Shown here in pieces: positions 29,476-39,197 of a stretch of DNA of 64,000 nt. The stretch lies in the NCBI GenBank assembly GCA_963675295.2, contig CAXXKJ010000002.1, positions 1,920,001-1,984,000 on the forward strand. Reading direction: 5' to 3'. The stretch comes from a bacterium (GTDB taxonomy: Bacteria; Electryoneota; Electryoneia; Electryoneales; Electryoneaceae). A model generated the notes under the pieces. That model was not told where the DNA came from. It saw nothing but the letters and a program-made list of their open reading frames with translations, and made no database searches. The number at the start of each line of letters is the position of its first letter. Position 1 is the stretch's first letter. The translations under genes and the position numbers were made by a program.

Positions 29476-30786
29476 TTACACAAACTTCTTCAGCACATCA
29501 TCGAGATCCGGCTTGCCGATCACCTGCAGGTCGTAAGTCACGCGGGTGGCCGGCTTCTTGATCTTGATAATGCGGCGCAGGTCGATCGGGGTGCCGATCA
29601 CGACGGCGTCACACTCGACCTTGTCGATGGTCTTCTCAAGATCCTTCATCTGCTGCGCGCCATAGCCCATCGCCGGCAACAGAATACCGATTTCCGGATA
29701 CTTCTCGAAAGTTTCGCTGATCTTGCCGGTCGTCCACGGACGCGGGTCGATGAGCTCTTCGGCACCGTACTTGGAAGCTGCGATGACACCAGCGCCGTAG
29801 GTCATTTCACCGTGGGTCAGGGTCGGGCCGTCTTCGACGACGAGCACGCTCTTGCCGCGGATCATGTCCGGATCGTCCACCATCACCGGGCTCGCGCCTT
29901 CGAGGATGATCGCGTTCGGGTTCGCCAACTGGACGTTTTCGCGGACTTCTTCGATGTCGTCGAGGTCAGCGGAATCGATCTTGTTGAGGATGACGACGTC
30001 GGCCATCAGGATGTTGGTCTCACCCGGGTAATAGCTGATCTCGTGGCCCGGACGATGCGGGTCGGCGACGACGATGCTGAGGTCGGGCTTGTAGAAAGAT
30101 GTGTCGTTGTTGCCACCGTCCCACAGGATGATGTCCGCTTCCTTCTCGGCTTCACGCAGGATGGCTTCGTAATCAACACCGGCGTAAACCACGCCGCCCG
30201 CCGCGATGTGCGGTTCGTACTCTTCCATCTCTTCGATGGTGCAGTCGTGCTTCTTGAGATCGTCGAGCTCGGCGAAACGCTGAACCTTCTGCTTCGCGAG
30301 GTCACCGTACGGCATCGGGTGACGGATGGCGACGACCTTCTTGCCCGCGTCACGCAGATACTTCGCGACGGCACGCGTGGTCTGGCTCTTGCCGCAACCG
30401 GTGCGCACGGCGCAGATGCTGATCACCGGCTTGGTGGAACGGACCATCGTGTCTGTCGCGCTGGCGAGGATGAAGTCCGCGCCGACGGCGTTCACGAGGC
30501 TCGCCTTGTGCATCACCACTTCGTGCGGGATGTCAGAGTAGGAGAAATAAACCTGGTCAACGTTGTGGTTCTTGATCAGCGGAATGAGATCCTCTTCCGC
30601 CTCGATCGGGATACCTTCCGGGTACAGTTCGCCGGCGAGCTCGGCCGGGTACTTGCGGCCTTCGATGTCCGGGATCTGGGTCGCGGTGAAGGCGACGACT
30701 TCGTAGTCCTTGTTGTCGCGGAACAACACGTTGAAGTTGTGGAAGTCGCGTCCAGCGGCTCCCATGATGAGCACTTTCTTGGCCAT
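29476..30786 (-). CDS. cyclic-2,3-diphosphoglycerate-synthetase-like P-loop protein, probably arginine synthetase (ArcE)
   Basis: MGAAGRDFHNFN, AFTATQIP, AVRTGCGKSQT, RHPMPYGDL, TIEEMEEYEPH, WDGGNND and EDGPTLTHG motifs; directly upstream of arcC. Confidence 0.85.
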   Translation of the reverse strand: MAKKVLIMGAAGRDFHNFNVLFRDNKDYEVVAFTATQIPDIEGRKYPAELAGELYPEGIPIEAEEDLIPLIKNHNVDQVYFSYSDIPHEVVMHKASLVNAVGADFILASATDTMVRSTKPVISICAVRTGCGKSQTTRAVAKYLRDAGKKVVAIRHPMPYGDLAKQKVQRFAELDDLKKHDCTIEEMEEYEPHIAAGGVVYAGVDYEAILREAEKEADIILWDGGNNDTSFYKPDLSIVVADPHRPGHEISYYPGETNILMADVVILNKIDSADLDDIEEVRENVQLANPNAIILEGASPVMVDDPDMIRGKSVLVVEDGPTLTHGEMTYGAGVIAASKYGAEELIDPRPWTTGKISETFEKYPEIGILLPAMGYGAQQMKDLEKTIDKVECDAVVIGTPIDLRRIIKIKKPATRVTYDLQVIGKPDLDDVLKKFV

Positions 30787-31002
30787 GATACACCGTCTCC
30801 GTGAAGCGTGAGCGAAACATGCGTGTTCCGTCCGGTGCCTGTTCGGGCTGGGGTTGACGGCGGGACCGTCGTGCGCAGCCAAAACGTGTGAACACCGGTT
30901 CTTCGGCGCGGACTCCTCATGCCGGGAGTGGTGGCGAGAGGACCTCGGAGTACGTCCGCGTTGTATCCGAAGACAAACCGGAACCGCCTTTCCGGTGGGG
31001 TG

Positions 31003-31031
31003 AATATAGACGTGTCCGTGTTAGGAGGCAA
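31003..31031 (-). promoter_or_regulatory. sigma70-like promoter of the arcE-like/arcC pair
   Basis: Minus-strand TTGCCT-N17-TATATT, about 210 nt upstream of the ATG at 30786. Confidence 0.6.
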
Positions 31032-31080
31032 TGTGAGCGCTCTTCGGGGAATTTGGGAGTTCGTCTGATACATGAGACAC

Positions 31081-31111
31081 AAACAAAACAGCCCGGATTG
31101 TACCGGGCTGT
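31081..31111 (-). terminator. intrinsic terminator
   Basis: acagcccgg-attgta-ccgggctgt with a preceding A-rich run on the + strand. Confidence 0.7.
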
Positions 31112-31136
31112 GTGTGACCCTGAATCGGCGGTTCTC

Positions 31137-32522
31137 TCAACGAACATAGCAGATTTTTTGAGTCACGGTCGGACCGTTAAGCATGCTCGCGCGCAGGTAG
31201 TAGACACCGCTTGCGGAAGATTTCGCATTCCACGGCAACGTCAACTGCCCCGCGGCTGCCTGTCCCTGGTGCAGGACTGAAACCTGCTGCCCGAGCGTGT
31301 TGAGGACTTCAACGGAAACCGACGCCGGACGCGGAAGATCCAGCACGACCGTCGTCGTCGCGTTGAACGGATTCGGGTAAGCGGGCTGCAAGCTGAACTC
31401 AACCGGCTGGGTGGCACCGTTGTTTGTTTCATCGACCGAACTGTAGCCGTCATGCTCGAACCAGTCGATGCTCAGCCGGTTTGGCACCCAGGAGAGGATG
31501 TCGGGATCGGTGTCGCCGTCCATGTCCGCGATCTGGATACCGTGCGCCTGCGTGTAGTTCTCGACCACGACGTGTTCGGTGTAATCGTCAATGCTGTTGA
31601 AACTCAGGTAGCTGATACGGTTTGCGGCATTGAGACTGAGCACGATATCTGGGTAGGTATCCCCGTCGATATCCGCGGAATCGTAGTCGTCAATGTACCC
31701 GGCTCCGCCGAAGATCAGGTGGCTCTGAAACTGACCGGGCGAAGTCTGTTCCCAGACATACATGTCCGAAATGTAGTTTATGTGACTGACGATATCATTG
31801 TCGCCATCATTATCCAGATCGTCAATCAGCAGCGCAGTCGTCAGCATGGTGGGGCTGAGTTCATGGTAGATCCACGAGTTGTCCGCGTCCTGCTCATGCC
31901 ATGCGAGTGTCTCAGGCTGGTGAAACGCCGCGATGTCGATATCGCCGTCGCCATCCAGGTCGCTGAGGTGCGCATGCTCCGTGTTGCGGGTGTTCTCGAC
32001 CATGTGCTGGGTCCAGCCATTCGGCATGTCATTTTCATACCAGACCAGTTCGGTATAATCATAGCGAACAGCCACCAGGTCGGCGTCGCCATCTCCGTCG
32101 ATGTCTGCCATGTCGATGTAGATGCACGGGAATTGCGAGTCAATCTGCTGGGTGGTATAGGTACCGCCGCCATCATTCCGCCACCAGCGCAGGCCCGAGC
32201 TGGCACCCGACGCGGCTCCGACAATATCCAGATCACCATCCTGATCGAGATCGAGGATCTCGGTCATTTGCGCGGAGGTGAAGCTTGGATCGAGGGTGGT
32301 AGACGCCCACGTATCCGGTGCAGTCCGGGACCAGATCAGGACGTCGTGCGTCGTCCAGTCGCTGGATACGACTTCGCAGAAGCCATCCGCGTTGAGGTCG
32401 GCGGCATTGGCGTGACGGATCAGCGTTGAATTCTGCACCATGTGCGGGGCAAACGTGACTTGCGCGGTCGCACTCAGGGCTAGACAACAAATCAGGATAA
32501 CAGCGATAAATGCGTGTTTCAT
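31137..32522 (-). CDS. FG-GAP repeat protein with T9SS type A CTD
   Basis: Signal MKHAFIAVILICCLALSATA|Q; seven DxDxDGDxD repeats; AYPNPFN...SGVYYLRA CTD; lacks the shared module. Confidence 0.88.
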   Translation of the reverse strand: MKHAFIAVILICCLALSATAQVTFAPHMVQNSTLIRHANAADLNADGFCEVVSSDWTTHDVLIWSRTAPDTWASTTLDPSFTSAQMTEILDLDQDGDLDIVGAASGASSGLRWWRNDGGGTYTTQQIDSQFPCIYIDMADIDGDGDADLVAVRYDYTELVWYENDMPNGWTQHMVENTRNTEHAHLSDLDGDGDIDIAAFHQPETLAWHEQDADNSWIYHELSPTMLTTALLIDDLDNDGDNDIVSHINYISDMYVWEQTSPGQFQSHLIFGGAGYIDDYDSADIDGDTYPDIVLSLNAANRISYLSFNSIDDYTEHVVVENYTQAHGIQIADMDGDTDPDILSWVPNRLSIDWFEHDGYSSVDETNNGATQPVEFSLQPAYPNPFNATTTVVLDLPRPASVSVEVLNTLGQQVSVLHQGQAAAGQLTLPWNAKSSASGVYYLRASMLNGPTVTQKICYVR

Positions 32523-32713
32523 CTCTCCCCCGGGGAACGTGTGTTCGCTATGTTCGTAGCTGATGTTGCTGAGAAAGAAACACGATGGAGTTACGGAAGA
32601 ATGTGACTGGTGCCACATACGCTCTTGATTTTCGAATCGCTGTGAACCCGGTCACAGTGAACCGGCAGCAAAATGATCAGGTACCCACTCCTCAGTGACG
32701 CTAGAAACAAGAA

Positions 32714-34801
32714 CTACCGTCCGCCCGCGCTGGCCAACGCACCCTTCACCCGCCACTGCTGCTCGCCGTCTGTGGAACGGATGTCAATGACATAGGCATA
32801 CAGGCCAAGCGGCAGGAAATTGCCGTTGCTCAGGCCGCTGCGACCGTCCCAGGTCCACGAACCGGTGCCGGGCAGGTCCACGTCACGCGCGATGGTGCCG
32901 AGCGGACGTCCGCCGGAATCGAACAGCCGCACGGTGATAACGATCCGCTCAGCCGGGTAGTCGAAGTGGAACTCGGTGATGTCTTCGTAGCCGTCGCCGT
33001 CCGGGCTGAACGGATTCGGGGTAACCTCGACGACGCTGCGCTGCGTTTCGGTCATGGATGGATCATACGTTTCGGTGATGTCAACCAGGGTTGAGAGCTG
33101 GTTGTTGCCCGGGTTGGCATCTTCATCCGCGAGTTCGGCGGTGATCGTCAATTCGCCAGGTTCAGACAGCGGCGACGGGTCCAGGGATGCGGTCCACGTT
33201 GTTCTGCTCGTCGGTTCCGGCGCGATGGAGGTGATGGTCCCAAGCGGTACGGTCAGGCCGTGCAGGGTCGCAGTCACGTTCCACGCCACGCCATCCTCCA
33301 CGAACCACCCCTCCAGTCCGGCCTCAACGGTGACATGCAGCGTGTCATCCGCGACAGTTCCGGCGTTTCCTGCTTCGAGCTCGCAGTGGATCGAATACAG
33401 TGCTACGTCACGGTCCGGGTAGACAGCCCAGTTGTCCCGGCCGGGTGTCGCGAACGGTTCGTAGTGTGTCGGTTGCCATGCGGTTTCCGCGTCAACTCCG
33501 TCGTACCAGTGCATGCTGACGCCGGGGTTCCCGTTGCTAACACCGACGGAGAGGTACTCGCGACTGTCCGGCGAAAGGATGGTCAGCACTTCGCCATAGT
33601 TGTTGAGTTGCGGCCAGTCATCTGGGATAAAGACCTGGTTTCCACGTATCCCGTCCCAATAATTGACAGATATGTTTTCCGCGAGGACGTACAACGAGTC
33701 AGGCTGCAACAGGAAGTCGCCCTGGGGAAACAGTGCGACCACTCCGGCGGCATCCATCACACCCCAGCCGCTTGGATTGAACGGTTCGTCATGGGTAACC
33801 CGCAGCTCAATCCATTCCGCCCCAGAGGGTGTATTGGGTGGATTCAGCATTACCTCGCTGAAGGCGAACCAATCGTCGCTGAGGTCGAGTCGCCCGCGCA
33901 GCTCGACTTCGCCGAACGTGGTGTCGTTGGCCGGGATATCGTCCGGTGGACTGAGCGCCGCCTGCACGCTGTAGTCCCCGGTCGGGACCCGGGCGGAGAA
34001 GGTGACCGGCAGCTGCGTCAGAAATTCGGGGTACGTCGGATTGACCGGCAGGGTGCGTAACGTGCTGTCGAAAGCGGAAACCCCGGACCGCAGGCTGAAG
34101 ATGATTTGCCGTTCCGCTGAGATAGCACTGCCTTCGTTGCGGATCATCCACTCAGTGAATATGGTGTTCCGGTCCTCATTTTCGTTATAAGTCACTTCTG
34201 CCATGGAGAATTCGATGGACAGGTCATTGGGGGGAGGGGTTACCGAGTTCAGATAACCCGGCGTGCCACCAGGATCGGAGAAGGCCCAGTTGTCATTGTA
34301 CTCGTTTCCTGCCGGGCGGATGCGTTCCTCGCTGATCCCGTTTTCAGCGTCCGGCAGATAGGTACGCCGGGAGACCATTTCTCCGTCTTCGTTCAACAGC
34401 TCGAGCGCCATGGAGTTACTGTTTGTCAATCCCGTGAATCCGAAGTAGTTGTCATCAATGGTAAGCAGCAGCACATCGGGTGGAATCTGATCGTCGTACA
34501 GGGTGGAATCATGGGCCCAGTAGCCCGGGTCGATGATGACCGCGTACCCACCGGCGGCGATGGTCATCTCATTGTTTCCGGGTTCGGGCAACAGGTAGTC
34601 CTTGTCGTGGAAATCACCGATGCGCCACTCGTACAGGAAGACGGCTTCATCGCCGAGGTTGTACAGCTCGATGTATTCGGTGTGGTAGTCATCACCGTCG
34701 GGGTTGTACATGATCTCGTTGATGATGACTTGCGCGAACGTAGACGGAGCGAGGATGAGGATTGCCAGCACAAGCAGCGGCCAGAACCTGTGGTTTTTCA
34801 T
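32714..34801 (-). CDS. lamin-tail-domain protein with type B (CHU_C-like) T9SS CTD
   Basis: 'VIINEIMYNP...EYIELYN' and 'FSEVMLNP...EWIEL' LTD motifs, TPG motifs, C-terminal 'PNPFSPDGDGYED...WDG...GLYAY'. Confidence 0.85.
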   Translation of the reverse strand: MKNHRFWPLLVLAILILAPSTFAQVIINEIMYNPDGDDYHTEYIELYNLGDEAVFLYEWRIGDFHDKDYLLPEPGNNEMTIAAGGYAVIIDPGYWAHDSTLYDDQIPPDVLLLTIDDNYFGFTGLTNSNSMALELLNEDGEMVSRRTYLPDAENGISEERIRPAGNEYNDNWAFSDPGGTPGYLNSVTPPPNDLSIEFSMAEVTYNENEDRNTIFTEWMIRNEGSAISAERQIIFSLRSGVSAFDSTLRTLPVNPTYPEFLTQLPVTFSARVPTGDYSVQAALSPPDDIPANDTTFGEVELRGRLDLSDDWFAFSEVMLNPPNTPSGAEWIELRVTHDEPFNPSGWGVMDAAGVVALFPQGDFLLQPDSLYVLAENISVNYWDGIRGNQVFIPDDWPQLNNYGEVLTILSPDSREYLSVGVSNGNPGVSMHWYDGVDAETAWQPTHYEPFATPGRDNWAVYPDRDVALYSIHCELEAGNAGTVADDTLHVTVEAGLEGWFVEDGVAWNVTATLHGLTVPLGTITSIAPEPTSRTTWTASLDPSPLSEPGELTITAELADEDANPGNNQLSTLVDITETYDPSMTETQRSVVEVTPNPFSPDGDGYEDITEFHFDYPAERIVITVRLFDSGGRPLGTIARDVDLPGTGSWTWDGRSGLSNGNFLPLGLYAYVIDIRSTDGEQQWRVKGALASAGGR

Positions 34802-34826
34802 TCGGGCACCTTCATCCGGACTTTAT

Positions 34827-35891
34827 TTACCCCAATACCAGTTCAACGAAACGGTTCATCAGCGCCGGGAAATCCAGTCCGATCTGTTTTGCGGACATCG
34901 GCACCAGCGAGAGGTCGGTCATGCCGGGAATGGTGTTCACCTCGAGGAAGATCAGCCGATTGTCCTCGGTGAGACGGAAGTCGACCCGGGCGACATGCCG
35001 GCAGTCCAGCTCCTCGCAAATCTGGACTGCGAGTTTCGCGGCCTCGACCTGCACCGGATCAGGCACCGGCGCGGGGCAGAGGTAGTCGGTTTTGCCCTTG
35101 GTGTACTTGTTCGTGTAGTCGTAATACCCTTCCCGTGGCCGGATTTCGACCATCGGCGTCGCCTCGCCGCCAATGACGGGCACAGTGACCTCGCGTCCCG
35201 GGACGAATTCTTCCAGGTACGGCAGGTCAGGCATATCGAGAATCAGGTGCGTGCCGTTGTGTAGTGCCTGTTCGTTTGAGCTGATGGTGATCCCGACGGT
35301 CGAGCCGCCGGTATTGGGCTTCAGCACGACGGGGTGCGGGTGGATGCTGGAGAACCGGCCCCAGTCGCTGTCAAGTGTCGCGGCGACGGCGGTGCGTACC
35401 GCTTCCTCGATGGAATCTGTGTTCCCCCGGATTGGACGCAACAGCCTTCCCCGGGCGACCGGCATCTCAATCAACTCCGCGATCTGGTGCGACCGCCATT
35501 TGTCCAACGCCAACGCGGAAGCACGGCTGTCGCTGCCGAGGTACGGTTTCCCGACCAGCTCCAGCACCGATTGGATCTGGCCGCCCTCGCCCCATGTACC
35601 ATGAAGCAAAGGAAACACGGCGTCCCAGCGTGGGTCGCTGATCGTGTCGAACAACTGCAGCCAGCCCTCACGATTCAGTCGCGCGCGTTCGGATTCGCCG
35701 GGCGGGGTAACTCCGACCGGACCGTCCAGTAATGGCTGGTCGTGCGGTACGATCTGCCCGGGCGCCGCGGTGTCCAGTTTCCACGCCTCATGCCCGGAGT
35801 TGGCGAGGCCGCGCGCGACGGCATCACCGCCGGACAGGGATACGCGGCGTTCGGCGTTGTCGCCACCACAGATGACCAGGATTCGTGCCAT
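34827..35891 (-). CDS. ddl: D-alanine--D-alanine ligase
   Basis: CGGDNAERRVSL, PLLHGTWGEGG, ALDK, KPNTGGSTVG, YDYTNKY, RVDF, LEVNTIPGMTDLSLVP. Confidence 0.93.
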   Translation of the reverse strand: MARILVICGGDNAERRVSLSGGDAVARGLANSGHEAWKLDTAAPGQIVPHDQPLLDGPVGVTPPGESERARLNREGWLQLFDTISDPRWDAVFPLLHGTWGEGGQIQSVLELVGKPYLGSDSRASALALDKWRSHQIAELIEMPVARGRLLRPIRGNTDSIEEAVRTAVAATLDSDWGRFSSIHPHPVVLKPNTGGSTVGITISSNEQALHNGTHLILDMPDLPYLEEFVPGREVTVPVIGGEATPMVEIRPREGYYDYTNKYTKGKTDYLCPAPVPDPVQVEAAKLAVQICEELDCRHVARVDFRLTEDNRLIFLEVNTIPGMTDLSLVPMSAKQIGLDFPALMNRFVELVLG

Positions 35892-35936
35892 GGGTTCTCT
35901 CGTTGATTCAGCTGGTTGTGGTCTACACCCGCCTGA

Positions 35937-38621
35937 TCATTTCTCGGTCACCTTGACCGTGATCAGGGTGAGATCGTCCTGTCCGGCGCGTTCATGGCCG
36001 GCGTAATCGCGGATCGTCTGCAACACCTTGGTCACCAGCAGGTGCGGGTCGAGGTGCTTGAATTCGTCCATCGTCTTGATCAGACGGTCGCGTCCGAACT
36101 CGACATCGGTCGCGTTCATCGCCTCGGTCAGCCCGTCGGAATAGGCGGCAAACAGGTCGCCCGGTTCGATCTTGACCTCGGTTTCGATGTAGTCGCCGTC
36201 TTCCATGATACCGAGCAGCATTCCACCCAGCTCGAGGCTGATGGGTTTGCCGTAGCGGATCAGGAAGGGGATGTCGTGCCCAGCGTTAACATAGGTCATC
36301 GTCCCCTTTTCCGGGTTGAACAGGGCGGCGAAGAAGGTGATGAACATCTCCGGCGTCGAGTTCTTGCAGACCTGCACGTTCAGCTGGCGTACCAGTTCAC
36401 GAAGCGGCAGGTTCTGCGTCGCGAGCAGGCTGAGGCTTGCCTGCAGGTTGCTCATCAGCACCGCGGCGCCGACCCCCTTGCCGGAGACGTCACCGAGCAC
36501 GACCAGCAGCCCGCGTTCACCGAGGTCGATGCAATCGTAATAATCGCCGCCCACCTCGAAAGCCGGGTCGCTGTGTGCGCCGACCTGCAGGGTTGGCCGT
36601 TGCGGCAGTTCGGTCGGTAGCAGGTGAATCTGGATGCGTCGGGCGATCTGAATTTCCCGTTCCAGCCGTTCCTTGACCGTGACCTCGGAGATCATTCGCC
36701 GCAGGTCGGAGGTCATCTGGTTGAAGCTGAGCGCGAGGTCGCTGAGTTCGTCGTTGCCGCGCACGGCGAGTTTGACGTCGAGGTCGCCCTTCCGCAGGCG
36801 TTCCGTCCCCTGCCGCAGTTCCTTGACGGAGCGCATCACGGTCCGCGTGATCCCGCCCGCGAGCAGGGAGGAAAACAGCATCGCCAGCGCGAAAAGAGAG
36901 AGCAGGACAATCAGGCCGATCGCCGTGAAGCGGTTCAGCCCTTCCCACGCGTACAAGTTGGAAAAGAGCCCGGCGAGTGTGGTGTGGACATACACCTGCC
37001 CGAGCATCGTAGCTGAATTCCCAAGCCCAGGCCACGATTCCAGCTCGCACCAGCCATGAATAATCGGCCGATGCCAGATATCGGCGGTACTGCGATGGCG
37101 GGTGCTGATCTCGATGTCGGTCTGGCCCTCGAACGTTTCGCCCGAGATACGGTTGCTCAGTCCGCTCTCGTCCCGGCCGACATGAATGATGCCAAGCGGG
37201 TTGAGGGTGACGTCCGAGTGAACCATTTCCTTGTAGGGTTCGAGCACGGCAGCGTTCAACGGTTCCATCGCCACCTGAAGTACGACCGGATCATCTGGTG
37301 AGACAACGGCGGCGGCATAGGCAGCACGATCCGGCGCGATCGGCAGGATGCCATGGCTCGCGGTGTTGGCGAAGGTCCAGCCGGGGAACGGGGTTAACGT
37401 GTCCGGCAGCGCCCATTGCCCGAGGGTATCGTCCTGCTTGACCCAAAGTTCCAGCAGTCCCGTCTCGCCCATTTTCGTGTCAAGCTCGGCGTACTGGTCC
37501 CAGGGTTCGGATGAGGTCGCACCATAATCCTCAGGATTTGGCCATTCACGGCCGGGTTCGGTGCTGCCGAACGGGCTTGGTGGAGGCGGAATGTCCTGCT
37601 GATCCTGGGCGGAGGGGAAGACACGCCGGTAGGTTGCGACGGCAATGCTGTCCTCTTCCGCGTAGCCACGCAATTGATCCATCGCCAGCGCGGTTTCCAG
37701 TGAGCGCATGTCATTGTGGATCATGTCGCGCACAATTTTCGCGCGGGAGGATCCAATCCCGACATAAACGCCGACAAAGATGACGAGAATCAGCATCATC
37801 CCCGGGATGATGGTGCTGAAGACGTAGGTCGATCCAAACTTGAGCCAGATCGGGAGCCGAATGCCGAACATCCCCTGGAACAGGGAAACGGTCAACTTGA
37901 GCGGAACCGCCAGCCAGGTGAAGGCGATGATGTTGGAAATCAGCTCGAAGAAATTGCTGCCGAGCATCGCTTCCGCGGCCCCTGCGGAGGATACCGAGAT
38001 GTTCAGGCCTTCAGTTTCGTTCCCGCTGATGCCGCCGAGGTAGACCACAAATCCGACCGGCGCGAGGATGAACAAGCCGAAGATGACCCAGCCGGATCGG
38101 CGTGACAGGCTTTCAACCCAGTTCCACGGTTGAATGAACAGGGCGAAGATGATCGCGAAGATGGTGAGCACCGCAGCCGGAGCATTTGCCCCGATGACGA
38201 TCAGCGACAGGGTGGAAAACACCAGGATTGCACGTCGCCGTTTGCCCCAGTTTCGCATGCCGCCCATCCGGATCAGGCTCCAGATCGACCACGCCAGCGT
38301 AAACGCGAACGGGATGCGCAGCAGCAACAACCAGCTTTCATCAACCGGCTGAATGGTCTGGAACGCAATCAGGAGCAGGACACCACTGAGCAGCAGGGAA
38401 AAGAGCAGGTGCAGCAGGATGCCCACTTCGAAGCGGTAGATCTCGCGCTTGACGGTTCGTGCCGGACGGAGTCGTCCGATAACCGCCATCGCCGTGCCGA
38501 AGAGGGAAATGTCATACAGCAGACGGGCGAAAGGTAGCCTGTATCCGCCCTGAAAAAACGCGAGGGCAAGAATAGCGCCGGCCAGGGCAATCAGAAATGT
38601 GAAAATCTGCCGGCGGTTCAT
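35937..38621 (-). CDS. multi-pass membrane SpoIIE/PP2C-family phosphatase with HAMP domain
   Basis: Many TM segments; HAMP 'DELSDLALSFNQM'; EVGGDYYD, GDVSGKG, YVNAGH, YSDGLTE and QDDLT motifs. Confidence 0.9.
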   Translation of the reverse strand: MNRRQIFTFLIALAGAILALAFFQGGYRLPFARLLYDISLFGTAMAVIGRLRPARTVKREIYRFEVGILLHLLFSLLLSGVLLLIAFQTIQPVDESWLLLLRIPFAFTLAWSIWSLIRMGGMRNWGKRRRAILVFSTLSLIVIGANAPAAVLTIFAIIFALFIQPWNWVESLSRRSGWVIFGLFILAPVGFVVYLGGISGNETEGLNISVSSAGAAEAMLGSNFFELISNIIAFTWLAVPLKLTVSLFQGMFGIRLPIWLKFGSTYVFSTIIPGMMLILVIFVGVYVGIGSSRAKIVRDMIHNDMRSLETALAMDQLRGYAEEDSIAVATYRRVFPSAQDQQDIPPPPSPFGSTEPGREWPNPEDYGATSSEPWDQYAELDTKMGETGLLELWVKQDDTLGQWALPDTLTPFPGWTFANTASHGILPIAPDRAAYAAAVVSPDDPVVLQVAMEPLNAAVLEPYKEMVHSDVTLNPLGIIHVGRDESGLSNRISGETFEGQTDIEISTRHRSTADIWHRPIIHGWCELESWPGLGNSATMLGQVYVHTTLAGLFSNLYAWEGLNRFTAIGLIVLLSLFALAMLFSSLLAGGITRTVMRSVKELRQGTERLRKGDLDVKLAVRGNDELSDLALSFNQMTSDLRRMISEVTVKERLEREIQIARRIQIHLLPTELPQRPTLQVGAHSDPAFEVGGDYYDCIDLGERGLLVVLGDVSGKGVGAAVLMSNLQASLSLLATQNLPLRELVRQLNVQVCKNSTPEMFITFFAALFNPEKGTMTYVNAGHDIPFLIRYGKPISLELGGMLLGIMEDGDYIETEVKIEPGDLFAAYSDGLTEAMNATDVEFGRDRLIKTMDEFKHLDPHLLVTKVLQTIRDYAGHERAGQDDLTLITVKVTEK

Positions 38622-38678
38622 ACGGGGCTCATCCTTGTACGAGGACGGGACGCTGTCTCGAACGTGTCACTGGTAGAG

Positions 38679-39155
38679 TCAGCGATCACCATCGAGGTTC
38701 ACCAGCAGCACGACTCGGGCTTCGACAGACTCGCCACGTCCGGCGGGTCCGATGCCTTCCGGTGAACGTTCCTTGATCGAAATCTGCATCGGGTCGCAGT
38801 TGAGCGCATTCGCGATGTTTGTGCGCATCTTGTCGACGTACCGGGTTACCCGTGGCCGCCGAATCAACAGCGTGCTGTCCAGGTTGATCAGCGTCGAACG
38901 CATCTTGGTTGCGCGTTCGCTCACGCGTTCCAGTGCCTCGATGGCAGACAATTCATCTTCGGGTCCAACCGGAGCCGGACCGGGATCACAATAGGCGCAG
39001 GCGCCCAGGTACGCATCGATAATCGCCCTGACGAGCACATCTCCCTGGCCGGGACCGTCCAGCCCGCGATCCGAGGGAATTTCCACACCGCCAAGAACCA
39101 GTGGCCGGTCATCGGTGAACCGAAGCATGTCGACACCATACCCGACTCGTTGCAT
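38679..39155 (-). CDS. ispF: IspF (MECDP synthase)-like protein with degenerate active site
   Basis: 'RVGYGVD...LVLGGVEIP...GDV..AIIDAYLGA...NLDST...QISIK' matches IspF, but the metal- and substrate-binding His residues are substituted. Confidence 0.7.
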   Translation of the reverse strand: MQRVGYGVDMLRFTDDRPLVLGGVEIPSDRGLDGPGQGDVLVRAIIDAYLGACAYCDPGPAPVGPEDELSAIEALERVSERATKMRSTLINLDSTLLIRRPRVTRYVDKMRTNIANALNCDPMQISIKERSPEGIGPAGRGESVEARVVLLVNLDGDR

Positions 39156-39197
39156 GTCCTTTCTCCCTGCATACTTGCTGGTTGAACGTATCTGGTT

